Below the pieces are notes generated by a model that was not told the DNA's origin, ran no database searches, and saw nothing but the letters and a program-made list of their open reading frames with translations. A program made the position numbers and the translations under genes. DNA of 64,000 bases from Epiperipatus broadwayi (taxonomy: Eukaryota; Animalia; Onychophora): the NCBI GenBank assembly GCA_028023455.1, contig JAQFVV010000005.1, positions 13,268,001 to 13,332,000 of the forward strand, in the 5' to 3' direction. This document shows, piece after piece, positions 53,151 through 64,000 of the stretch. Within the stretch, counting starts at the first letter, position 1, and every line of letters begins with the position of its first letter.

Positions 53151-55420
53151 ATTTCATGACAAAATAAATAATTATTTACAATATGACTACTATTAGGCTG
53201 AAAACAACTTATTACAAATTATTTATATAAATATATAATATAATGGTTGAAATGTTGATGATGATGATATAGTGACCATTCTTAACATAATAAGTAATAA
53301 TTAAAAATTTTTATTATGCAAAAATGACATTATTATTACTTGAATTGAAAACCATATAAGGATTTTCAAACTTCCAATATGTCATCCATATGTTATAATT
53401 TTTTGAAAATTTTGTAGCAAATTCTGAATTCATAGTAAAGCAATATAACATTGATTTGCATTTAAAGACACACACTGAATTAAAATTTAATAAGGAAGCA
53501 ATACAACGTAAAAACGTATAAGATGTATACATGTGGATGAATGAGTTACAAGTAAAAATAATAAAACAATATTCATGCTAGTTTATATGTAATATTAAAA
53601 TGATTTAGAATAGTTAATGTCATTTTAATTTAATACTTGAAAGTGTATGTTTGTGCATATTTATTTTATTTATTTTAAATTTAAGGGAATATTATTTTGA
53701 AATTTAATGTAAATTTTCACTAATTTTAAAATAAAGATATTATTTATTATGGGGATCAATAAATAAAGTAAAAATAATTTATATTACTATTTATATTTTG
53801 TATAGTTTAAATTTATTAGAAATGTAATAATATTTTATTTAAAATAATAAAATATTTTGTAATTTTAAATTTTATTTGTCAAGAAAGCTATTATTTCTTT
53901 AGAAGGACATTTTTGCAAGAAAATATACGTATGTGCTTGTCTAAACAATGAAAAATTGGCATCAAGGATAAATGGGTTAAATACTTTAGAATAAATTCAA
54001 GAATTTTATTCCATTGCCTAAACAATAGTGATATCAATTCTAACGTTAATAGGAACTTATAAATAAGACTAAGTTGGATAAATCTTATTTTTTTATCCGG
54101 ATTTGCTTTTGCTAAGCATTACTGTAAGTATGTTTGTGTGTAAAAAATTTTAGCTATATTTGGTAATAATAATTTAAAATACAAGGCTATACAATTTTAC
54201 AAAGCTCTGTCTGAGGTTCAAATTGCCCCTATGATTGTTTAAGCAGATACCATCTAAAATATTGTAAAAAGAAATGCACAACTTAATGAAAATTAAGAAA
54301 TGTTTTGAAAATTAATTATCATCAAAGTATCTTAAGGAAATGCTATAATGCTTTGTTAGCATAATATACCTAATGTAAAGAAAAGTTAATTCATTTGGAT
54401 ACACAACTTATCTAAATACTTGCCTTAATGCTTTAAGAGCTTTGGAATAATTGCATTATCTCAGGAATTCTTTAAAATTTAGAAGCACCGAGGGAATTGT
54501 TTTTATTTAAAATTACATCATCTTAAATCTTTCTAAATTAAAAGCATCGCTGGAATTGTCTTTATGGGAAAATATGGACTTTGAAAGAACTTCAGTTATC
54601 AGTTGTTTTTTTAAATAATAACTATTATTATTAATAAAGATACAAAATCCTCATAATGTATTATTACCAGATATATGGATGTTAAATGAAAAGCCATCTT
54701 GGATTCAGATATTTTATCATTTAAAGTTTATGATTGAATCTAATAATATTTTATTAATTATTTGTGTGCTTATTTGTAATTGAATTAAGATTGTTTTTAA
54801 AACTATTCATTTAAAATTGATATTTTAGGAATATTACTTAAATTTTATTCATCTTTGAATATTTTCTGGTCTAGGATATTGAATTCTTTGATTTTATATT
54901 GCCTCATCATTGCAGTAACTTCTGATAACTGATGGTGTTGCTGTTGAAGGCATTATGTTTATGCCACATATATATCGTAGAAGTATTTATAAAAATATTG
55001 AGGTTTGTAAAAGAACCCAAGTTATATATATGTGCCATGAAATAAGCATATTTAATATAATAGGTAATACATAATGTAAAGTTTTACATGGAAGAAATGC
55101 AATAAATATAGACTGATGAAATTATATTATAAAATATATAAAGATCAAATAAAACAACATATCTAATGAATATATTTTAGAATAATCATTATAAAAGTAC
55201 ATTTTCACTTTGATGAACAACCTTCTTTAATATTTGAATTTGTTTTAACAACACATGTTGATTAAACATTTATATATATATATTAGTTATATTGAATGTA
55301 CTTAATAAAAATATTATTTATATTTCATAAAAATCTGAGAAGACATCCTGCTGTTGCTATTTTTGTTTTATTATTATTATCGTTAATATTTTTATCATTA
55401 ATTGTATTTTGTTATATATA

Positions 55421-55658
55421 TTATATATAGAGTAAGTTAAAAACAAACTCTTATGAAGCTTCAAAAATACCCTCAACCTCAGACCGCGGTTTCTGCCTCT
55501 AGCGTCATCAGTGAGGTGCTAGGGAATAAAAATACTAGAACTAGTCCAGCATTTTATCAATGCCTAACTATTGAGAAGAAAATCTGAAACTTTCAGACAT
55601 TTAAATGTCCAAAAATCCAGCTTCATAAGAGTTTGTTTTTAACTTACTCTATATATAA
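55421..55658 (-). mobile_element. Family-B element with perfect 40-bp inverted ends and an intact hammerhead
   Basis: TTATATATAGAGTAAGTTAAAAACAAACTCTTATGAAGCT at 55421-55460 and its reverse complement at 55619-55658. Confidence 0.8.
55476..55517 (-). ncRNA. Intact minimal type-I hammerhead ribozyme, family B
   Basis: RC = ACCUCA CUGAUGA CGCUAGAGGCA GAAA CCGCGG UC|UGAGGU; perfect 6-bp helix I, palindromic CCGCGG; CpGs retained. Confidence 0.85.
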
Positions 55659-55825
55659 CATTTGTAAATAGGAGCTTTATTAAAATTAGGTCATCTGACT
55701 TGATTTTTTTTATCAATTGTATTTTGTAAATAAACATATTTAAATTAATTTGATTCTCATGTTTTTGTATTCTTGCATTGTTACCTGGCTGGTAATCTAT
55801 GATAACATACAAATACTATTTAGCG

Positions 55826-56187
55826 AATATTTCTGTAGTGTAATTTTTACAGTACCATTCTCATGCAAGGTAGGGACTGGTTTCTATCCACTTGTAACAC
55901 CTTGTGCAGGGGTGTAATATAAACATGAAATTGAAAAAGATGTATGATGCCCAAGATGTACATTTTATGCTGAGCCAGCATTCATCGGTTGGCCCAGATC
56001 ACAATCTCCTACACATATCTTTATCATTGTTTATTGTATATAGATAGCCAATTATTACAGCTTAATTGATAAATATCAAACTTACTGCCCTCACAATTTT
56101 GGCACAAACCTCTTGGTGGAAGTATATTAATAATTTTTATTAGTCATTTATAGATTAGAGATTACCCATTTAATGAATATTATTTCT
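55826..56187 (-). mobile_element. Second family-C2 element with a decayed hammerhead at 55949-55994
   Basis: Collinear with 20141-20533; RC GGCCAA CCGAUGA AUGCU GGCUC AGCAU AAAA UGUACA UC UUGGGC. Confidence 0.7.
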
Positions 56188-57097
56188 ATATTGGAATTCA
56201 TTAAGTGGATAATCTCTAATCTAATAAATGCCTAATAAAAGTTATTAATATATAAAATATATTTCATTTTATAATATGATGCTTTTAAAATTTTATTATT
56301 ATTATTATTATTATCATAGCTGAAGAATTGAGATAAGGAAAATATAGTTATTTATAATATTTTTCTTTTGTATTTATGATGTAATTAATCAAGAGAATAT
56401 ATGTTCATTACAACATTAGTTGCTTAATTTTATTAATACACTGAGATCTTAAAAGTTACATAAAATTAATTATAGGACATAGTAGTGGATACAATTAAAT
56501 GTTCTTTGTTATCCAGCTATATCGATTTAAAATTTATTTATAATTAATTTTTTATAAAGCCCTGGAATATCATTAATTTTTATTTATTTATAATCATTTA
56601 TGAAAGTCTGTTAGTCGCGTATTTTTGAGGTGTATTTAGTTAACTCTATATTACCAAACTTTTCTCATTTTTATATATAGTTACAATATATATGAATGAG
56701 CCTATATCAATTTATCAATAGGCCTTTGATTATACCTAATGCTGTTTTTAATTACATTGTCATTTATATAATTAGAAAAATCTTAAGTTTTATCAAAAAT
56801 ATAAAAAGGTGGGATGACCTGTATAACAATCCTTGTGTCTTTTTATTCATCTACAGAAGTAGTTATGGCATTGTCATTTATGATTTCACTAGAGAAAGAA
56901 TTAATTCAGTGAAATGCAAACATTTTAGAACATTTAGCTTTTCAAATCAGATAGGTATATGAGTCTGAATTCAGCTCAGTTTCACCATATAGTAAAAGCC
57001 TCTGCAATATAGCATCACAAAAACCTTCAAAGGTACACTTATAATAATAAAACAAGTCATAAATTTTGTAACTTGCTTTTAAGCTTGCATTTAAATG

Positions 57098-57515
57098 ATC
57101 ACTAGATGGAGCTTACCAATAGTTCTAAACAAGCTTTATTTTTACAAATGCCGAAAGAGAAAGACTTAAAAATCTCTATCAGAAAGTCCCTATCTCCAGT
57201 CTGATCGATTTCAAGCTTATGGCTCACCTCAGTAGAGCACTGGGACCCCAGAAACTAGATCTAAAATACTAACTCAAAAGTCAGCACTTACAAAACACAT
57301 CAAATTGATAGTAACGTGTTTTATAAGTGCTGACTTTTGAGTTAGTATTTTAGATCTAGTTTCTGGGGTCCCAGTGCTCTACTGAGATGAGCCATAAGCT
57401 CAAAAATGATCAGTCTGGAGATAGGGACTTTCCGATAGAGATTTTGAATTCTTTCTCTTTCGGCACTTATAAAATAAAGCTTTATTAGAGCTATTGGTAA
57501 GCTCCATCTAGTGAT
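57098..57515. mobile_element. 418-bp palindrome related to family B, with a degenerate hammerhead in each arm (57196-57240 minus, 57374-57418 plus)
   Basis: Arms nearly identical; CUGAGRU GAGC CAUAA GCUY RAAA (UCGA) UC; flanks align to 3725-3890. Confidence 0.7.
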
Positions 57516-57699
57516 TATATATATATATGGGAGGATATCATGGTGGTACTGTTGTTATCATATCTAACTCCTATAGATTTTACCTAGGATTCAAATATAG
57601 ATGGAAATAAATTGTTTCAGTTATGTATTTTACATTTATTAATAAAAATTTAGACATTATATCATTTAGATATTGTTTTTAATCTGATTTCTTTTGATC

Positions 57700-57770
57700 T
57701 ACATGGTTCAGTGCAATGGTAGAATGTTAGACTTTGGAGCTTAAGGTTCTTAGATTCATTCAACTTCTGG
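57700..57770 (+). mobile_element. Degenerate tRNA-like (Gln-like) SINE head
   Basis: ggttcagtgcaatggtagaatgttagactttggagc resembles a tRNA 5' half; B box poor. Confidence 0.35.
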
Positions 57771-59532
57771 TACTTCTAGCTCTCAAACTTGTTATGAAGT
57801 CTTCAACAATAAAATTATTTCTTTATTTAATCAAATTCCTATATCTTCCTCAAATAAATAAGCAATAATAGCACAAATAACTTCTAATGTAAGAGTAAAA
57901 TTCACATTATTGGAAGTAAGTCACCATTGCCAGTGATAGTTGTCATTACTTGTATGAATCTTTTTTTATTTTCTCCAATACCTTTTTCATGATTTCAATT
58001 CATGTTTTACCGACCCTAAATAAAAAGTCTAGTAATTCTTTACCACTATTTCATCTTCACTATATTTCGACCATAAATGTATCTGCATTAATATGGATGT
58101 CTAAATGTACTCCTGTGCATATGCTCCACATATACTGACATTTTTATATCCTACATTATATATTCTCTATTCAAAGACAAATGGAGTAATTAGATAGTAA
58201 AATATTATGATCATTAATGATAAGTTTTGATCACTGTTGGGGTTAGGCTGCTATTTCTTACCAACATCCTTATTACTTAGCACATTTTATTACGGCATTT
58301 GAATATTCTTCGTAAACTTTAGCAGCCATTTAAATCATCATGTACATATAAGTATGTATATATATTTTAGTTTTTTCAAAGATTTTTTAAGAAAAAATCT
58401 GAACACACTAAATTCTAACCTAAACTATATGTGCCAAGACGTGGTTTTTGTATTTATTATTTCAGAAACTGCTTTAATGCAATATTACATTTGTGATTTC
58501 AAAATAAACATTTTTAAACATAGCTTGTTTACTGTGGATCGATAAATATATATTTCAAAATAGAATAATCAAATAAAATTATAAATTTTTTACAAAAGTT
58601 TTTTTTAAACAAGTAGATTTTCTCTAATCAAAAATTATTAACAAAAACACACATAAGTACATTCATATATCTATTCATAATTCAATACTAATGCCAATTT
58701 CTCTTACCATCTAAGAAAATTATATTGTTGATAGCATCAAATCCAAAAATGATTAATCAAGAAGCTTTTCAATCCTTCATTTCATTGCATTTATAAATAA
58801 ATGATAATCTTTGCATCATCAAACAATATTTTATGACTACTGTGATGTTCATAAATGTATATGGCTGAGCTAAGATATCGTTTTTAAACTCCAGTTATAT
58901 GAATTTTAACTTGTTTTCACCTATATATATTTTTACAACATGTGGAATTTTATAACGTTTTTGAAATGCTTTTACCATTAATAGTCTATTTAAAATTACT
59001 TAGTAATAAATTCAAATTGTAGTCTTTTTCCCACAAGTCTATTTATTTAATAGACAAAACCATGGTTGCAAAGGAAATTTTGCAAAAATTCTGTAATTTT
59101 ACAATTATCTTTATTATTCCATATTGATTATAATTATTACTATAACACTAAGCAGAATTATACATATAATAAAGTAAATCACAGTGTGAATATAACATTA
59201 AATACAATCATTTTTAATAATGAATATTATTATAGTAAATAATACACATTAACTCTTCAATATTTGACAATACAGTAACAGAAAATATTTCTATTTTCCT
59301 ATTGATTCTCTTTGTAAATAATGAAAATTGTCTTGAATATTAATGGCTGTGAGTGTAAATGTATGATTATATTTGACATTATATATATATATATATATTG
59401 CAATGATACAGAGGTATTGTGGTTAATCTGAGGTGATGGCACTCATCATCATCAACCCCAGTTATTACAAATCAAATATAAAATTAACTTCGTATTTAAA
59501 TCTATTATTATAAAGTGCTGAAAACTTTGAAA

Positions 59533-59782
59533 TTATTTAAACGGAAGTCAATCTCCAATAATGCACTATTTCTTATTTATTATAAATTTCCACGCACTCG
59601 CACACAATAGACTCGAGCCCTGATTTAAGCATGATCTGTAAGAGTTGGTGTATATAGAATGTATGCTCTAAACTTAAGTGATTCACTTAAGTTTTTTAAA
59701 CTCTTACCAGTGGGCGAGTGCATGGAAATTTATAATATTTAAGAAATAGCGCATTATTGGAGATTGACTTCCATTTGAATAA
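59533..59782. repeat. MITE-like element with about 75-bp inverted arms and an internal hairpin
   Basis: ggaagtcaatctccaataatgc.ctatttctta / taagaaatagcgcattattggagattgacttcc; internal aaacttaagtgattcacttaagttt. Confidence 0.8.
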
Positions 59783-59919
59783 CTCCATATTTAATATAAA
59801 ATATATTATATTGTAATGAACATGAGATCACTCAGAGATCAGCACAGCTAACTATCTTAAGTCGAAGCATAATTAACTATAAATTCACCAGCCTTATAAA
59901 TAAGTATACGTATCACTCA

Positions 59920-60300
59920 TTCATCATCATGAATAATCAACAACAAAATAAATCAACAGACAATCTTATGACTGGATTTGAAATGGGTCTATTGTAGACC
60001 AGGCTAACTATTTAGTCTTTGCCAGCTTGGGGCAATTATTTAAACATTAATTTGAATGCAAAAACTTGAGTGCTAATCCATCAGAATATATACCTAAAAC
60101 ATGCTGATCGTCAATGCCCTGGCCATTTAGTACTATTGATGTACTGGCCACTATAAATTTTGTTTAATAAAGACTAAACAAAAATAAAATGTAGTGCATG
60201 GACTTTAAAGAATATATGCTTTGTACCAATTCAGTTATGATGATCATCAACTGGATGTTCATACACTTATATACACTCCTTTTGTATTATAGACCATTAT
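59920..60300 (+). mobile_element. Possible Tc1/mariner transposase N-terminal remnant
   Basis: LMTGFEMG.IV resembles the Tc1-family LxDFERGxIVG helix; remainder decayed. Confidence 0.3.
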
Positions 60301-62433
60301 GTATGAATCTACTTCAGAGAACACAAGCTCTAAAACTTATTGTGAACAAAAGATGATTCAATATATATCCTAAAAATATTTAGAATTAAGTCACTGAAAT
60401 AATTTTAATAATGGAATATGAGTTTATTAATAACAAAAAAATGACATTTAAGGTCTGCAGAATATGACTACACATGACTTAAGCCTTCTGATTTTGATTA
60501 GTATACAAAAAAATAAGGTATTAACTTGTGATTTACAATACCAAATAATGAGTTTACATGAAACACATATATATCATCACATAGATGCATGGTATAATAA
60601 TTTATTAACATATTTGACTTGGTATAAAATAAAAAAATGTAATCAAATTTTAATGATACACATACCTCGTACAAGGTTTACATAAAACATATCACACAGA
60701 TATGTTGTATAATAATTGATTAAAATATAAATGAAATTCATTTTCTTTCTTATATACATAATTAATGACATTTAATATATATGCGTGTTCACATAGAAAT
60801 GTATATACATGCTGACATTTATACCATGATATATCAAAAATATATTTTCAGAATCATTTCCCTGTTGAATATAAATAAAATTCACACGTGTGTATATATA
60901 AAAAAATAATAATATAAATCAATTATTAAATTCTTTCATAATAGTTTTCCTTTTTTTTAAAAAAAAAAGTAATATCAATTCATTGACAGTTCATAAGTTT
61001 TCTTTTTTTAACAGGTTACTCTTAATTAATTATAAACAAAAAATACTTTAACTTTTTTTTAATGTAAAAAGATTTTTTTTTTTTCAAAATAAAATCATCT
61101 ATGAATCAATCATTTTATTCAAGCAAAATTTTACTTATTTTCTTTTAAAATATGTAGATTTTAAATGTCATTTTCACTAAAGAAATAAAAATGTTATTAT
61201 ATGTAGTGCTACTCATCAGGTGTGCTTCATGTATGCACATTTATTTGTGCTCTGCATACAGATAAATCAGCATATTCATACACTAATTTTTCAGCAAGAT
61301 GAGGGATTCTCTTGATAAGGGTCATTATTGGGACAGATATAGGTCCAGGTAACTGTTGCTCTGCTGTGATATCCCTTCTGTCTAGGATTGATAGACTTCA
61401 GGCAATTTAGCTATTTTGTCTACCATAGAGCTATAAAACACTCAAAGATGACTTTCTCCATGTGAATTCAAACTCCATATAATGAACTATGAAGCAGTTT
61501 CTGGACTTGGCCTTCAATTATCTCTTCATTGTCATTCTGTATAACTCTGAAAAGCAACTAACTAATCTTTTCATCAATCCTTTTTATAGTTAGGGTGGTT
61601 GGGGAAAATTTGTTAACCCAAGATGTTTTTCCTATCTTTATCAATTTCTTCACTTTACTTTAATCCTTTTTAAAAGCAACTTTAGAATTTTATCAATATA
61701 ATCTACAAGCTTTACTTACAAAAAAAAAATATTTCCAAAATAGATATTAGACATTTTACCAAAAATGCTATACAAGTTTTAATTTTAAAAAAAGATTTAA
61801 AAAATAGATATGGAAATTTGTATAATTGTCAGTAGATTTATGTTAACATAAAACATGCTTGTTTTAATTTCAAATCAGAATTCAATAAAAATATTAGACT
61901 TTTTTCTTTAAATATCTATTTCATATTAAAATTCTATTTAAAATTAAAATTTATTTAAATCTTAGTGTTATTATTTTGGTGTACTTGTAGAAAATATCTA
62001 CAAAAAAAATTGTTCATTTTTACTTTTCAACTTCGTATATATTTGTGCACACACACTACTATGTTGTATGCCATGAAACTCATATGGTTGCAATATATAT
62101 ATATATATTCATGATGATTTACTTTAGTATATATAGTTTAAATGTTTAATAGAAACTTCAAAGCAAGAAGGAATTTCTTTATTTTATTAAATAATAATTC
62201 AATCTGTTTAATAAATATCTTACAATAAATAATTGAATTGATTAGTATTTACACTCTTTGCTTAAAGTATCCAAAACAATCTTATATACAAAAAGAACCA
62301 ATAGGAAAGTGAAATCATTTTTTTGTTATCATAGTGTCAAATATTAAAGTGGACTGTGTATTATTTACTATAACAGCATATATTATTTAATTATAATATT
62401 ATTTAACATTATACTCTTTTCATAAATTAATGA

Positions 62434-62815
62434 AATACTCTAAAAAAACTTTAGCCGAGTTAAGCCATTATGAAAAGATATAACCATATAGATATATTCC
62501 AACTTAATAGCACTGAGTTAACTTTTGGGAAATTCTTGCCAGAGTCATAGTGCAAAATTAATTAATTAACTATGCAGGGAGCAAGATAAATATATAGTTT
62601 ATAAAATATACAAATAATTGCAGTGAGAAATAATTTGCATATTTTATAAACTATATATTCATCCTTTTCCTGGCATAGTTAGTTAATTAATTTTGCACTA
62701 TGATTCTTGTGAGAATTTGCTGAAAGTTAACTCAAGTGTTATTAAGTTAGAATATATCTATATGGTTATATTTTTTCATAATGGCTTGACTCAGCTAAAG
62801 TTTTTTTGGAGCATT
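62434..62815. repeat. About 380-bp foldback palindrome
   Basis: aaaaaactttagccgagt.aagccattatgaaa..catagtgcaaaattaatta / taattaattttgcactatga..tttcataatggcttgactcagctaaagtttttt. Confidence 0.85.
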
Positions 62816-62832
62816 ATATATATTATATTTTA

Positions 62833-63003
62833 AATGCCTCACAGATATATTATTTTAGTCACACTCCCTTTTTAAATAAAGAAAAGCTTGAATTTTGCAA
62901 TTCATTCAAGAAGGGATTTTTTTTAATGAAATTGGCTGCAAAATTTAAGCTTTTCTTTTTTTAAAGGGGAAGTGTGACAAAAATAATATAAATGTGGTGC
63001 ATT
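62833..63003. repeat. About 170-bp foldback palindrome adjacent to the previous one
   Basis: tattatttt.gtcacact.cccttt..aaagaaaagctt / aagcttttcttt..aaagggga.agtgtgacaaaaataata. Confidence 0.8.
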
Positions 63004-63814
63004 CAAAACATTTTATAGATTTCATCTAGCATTATGCATTGTTTCTTTTTAATATATATATATATATTGTAATGGTCTGGATTTTTCACCAGAAGAAGAG
63101 GAATGCATCTGACTACGATCAGGGTCGTCGGGTAGGATGTTGTGAATGACACGATGAAGTAACTAACCAATGATCATATCCACCTCCATTGGGCTAGTTC
63201 TTGATTTTACTCATTAAATCTAGATATAATTTAGGCTAGTTCATCCATCCCTCTTTTGGATTCCATTACACCTCAGTATTGGAACTGAGGGAAAATGCTA
63301 CTTTTGGCTCTCTTCAGGGGTGAATTTACTTTATGGAGCAACTAAGTTTTCATTGACTTAAGACACATCCAATCCTATTGCTGTGTTATGTATTATAATA
63401 ATATGCATGTGTATGCGTATATGTTTAATCAATTAAATTATTGAGAGAGTATATGAATGAGTTTGATAAACTAGAGACCAATTTAATTTAAAACACATTA
63501 ATAGTTTTTATTTATAACAAAGGAAAATTCAAATTTTATTAAAATAGCAAAAAAATGTGCTTACATATGTCCCAAGTGCATCTCTACTATATCAATGACT
63601 AAAATTATTTGTTATTTCATTCCATACCCATGGTAAATATGCATCAATGGACATTTCCTATATACAAAGTGAATAAGATTAACTATTGTCATGATGATGA
63701 TCATGAAGCTAAATAACTTTACAAAATTATATCACAGTATGCCCAATAGCTCTGCCATCCAATTTCTGTTGAAGAGGTTTTGTCTTCTGTGGGAACCCCC
63801 CCCCTCCTTTAACT

Positions 63815-63900
63815 ATGTTCAAGTTCTAATAAAGTGGATAGAAAAAGATTTTCATATATGTTCAAGTTCTAATAAAGTGGATAGAAAAAGATTTTCATAT
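63815..63900 (+). repeat. Recent exact tandem duplication of about 43 bp
   Basis: TATGTTCAAGTTCTAATAAAGTGGATAGAAAAAGATTTTCATA x2. Confidence 0.85.
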
Positions 63901-64000
63901 AAGAATATTAATCATTCATACTGAATAAACTAAATGTAACAAATATTAGTTAAACATAAACAAATAATGTAAACTCTGTCTTGTACTAGTGAGTGCAAAT

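Noticed and set aside
61200-61230. Minus-strand CTGATGA GTAG CA CTAC as a hammerhead
   Set aside because: No GAAA, helix III or helix I follows

Overview
Very AT-rich, CpG-depleted animal genomic DNA (invertebrate-like; taxon not determinable from sequence alone) that is mostly intron and repeat. Host content: (i) widely spaced phase-1 exons of a minus-strand EGF/calcium-binding-EGF repeat gene (4.7-17.8 kb); (ii) three tandem, paralogous, disrupted C2H2 zinc-finger arrays on the plus strand (23.6, 31.3 and 44.3 kb) that share an acceptor site and 3' flank; (iii) a disrupted WD40-like exon set (33-35.6 kb, minus); (iv) a CpG-retaining island at 40.5-41.9 kb. Mobile DNA: several RTE-clade LINEs of different ages, a young 5'-inverted Penelope-like element (RT + GIY-YIG), tRNA-derived SINEs and many long foldback palindromes. 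The most striking unannotated signal is 17 hammerhead-ribozyme motifs (about 10 with an intact core, read by eye) of minimal type-I topology, most with a palindromic helix-III loop. They fall into four sequence families carried by short non-coding, often palindromic, TSD-flanked or terminally redundant elements. One family is physically attached to the Penelope-like element, suggesting a PLE-driven retrozyme-like system. PLE-associated hammerheads are known in animals, so novelty would lie in these families and their architecture. Cleavage activity is inferred, not shown.
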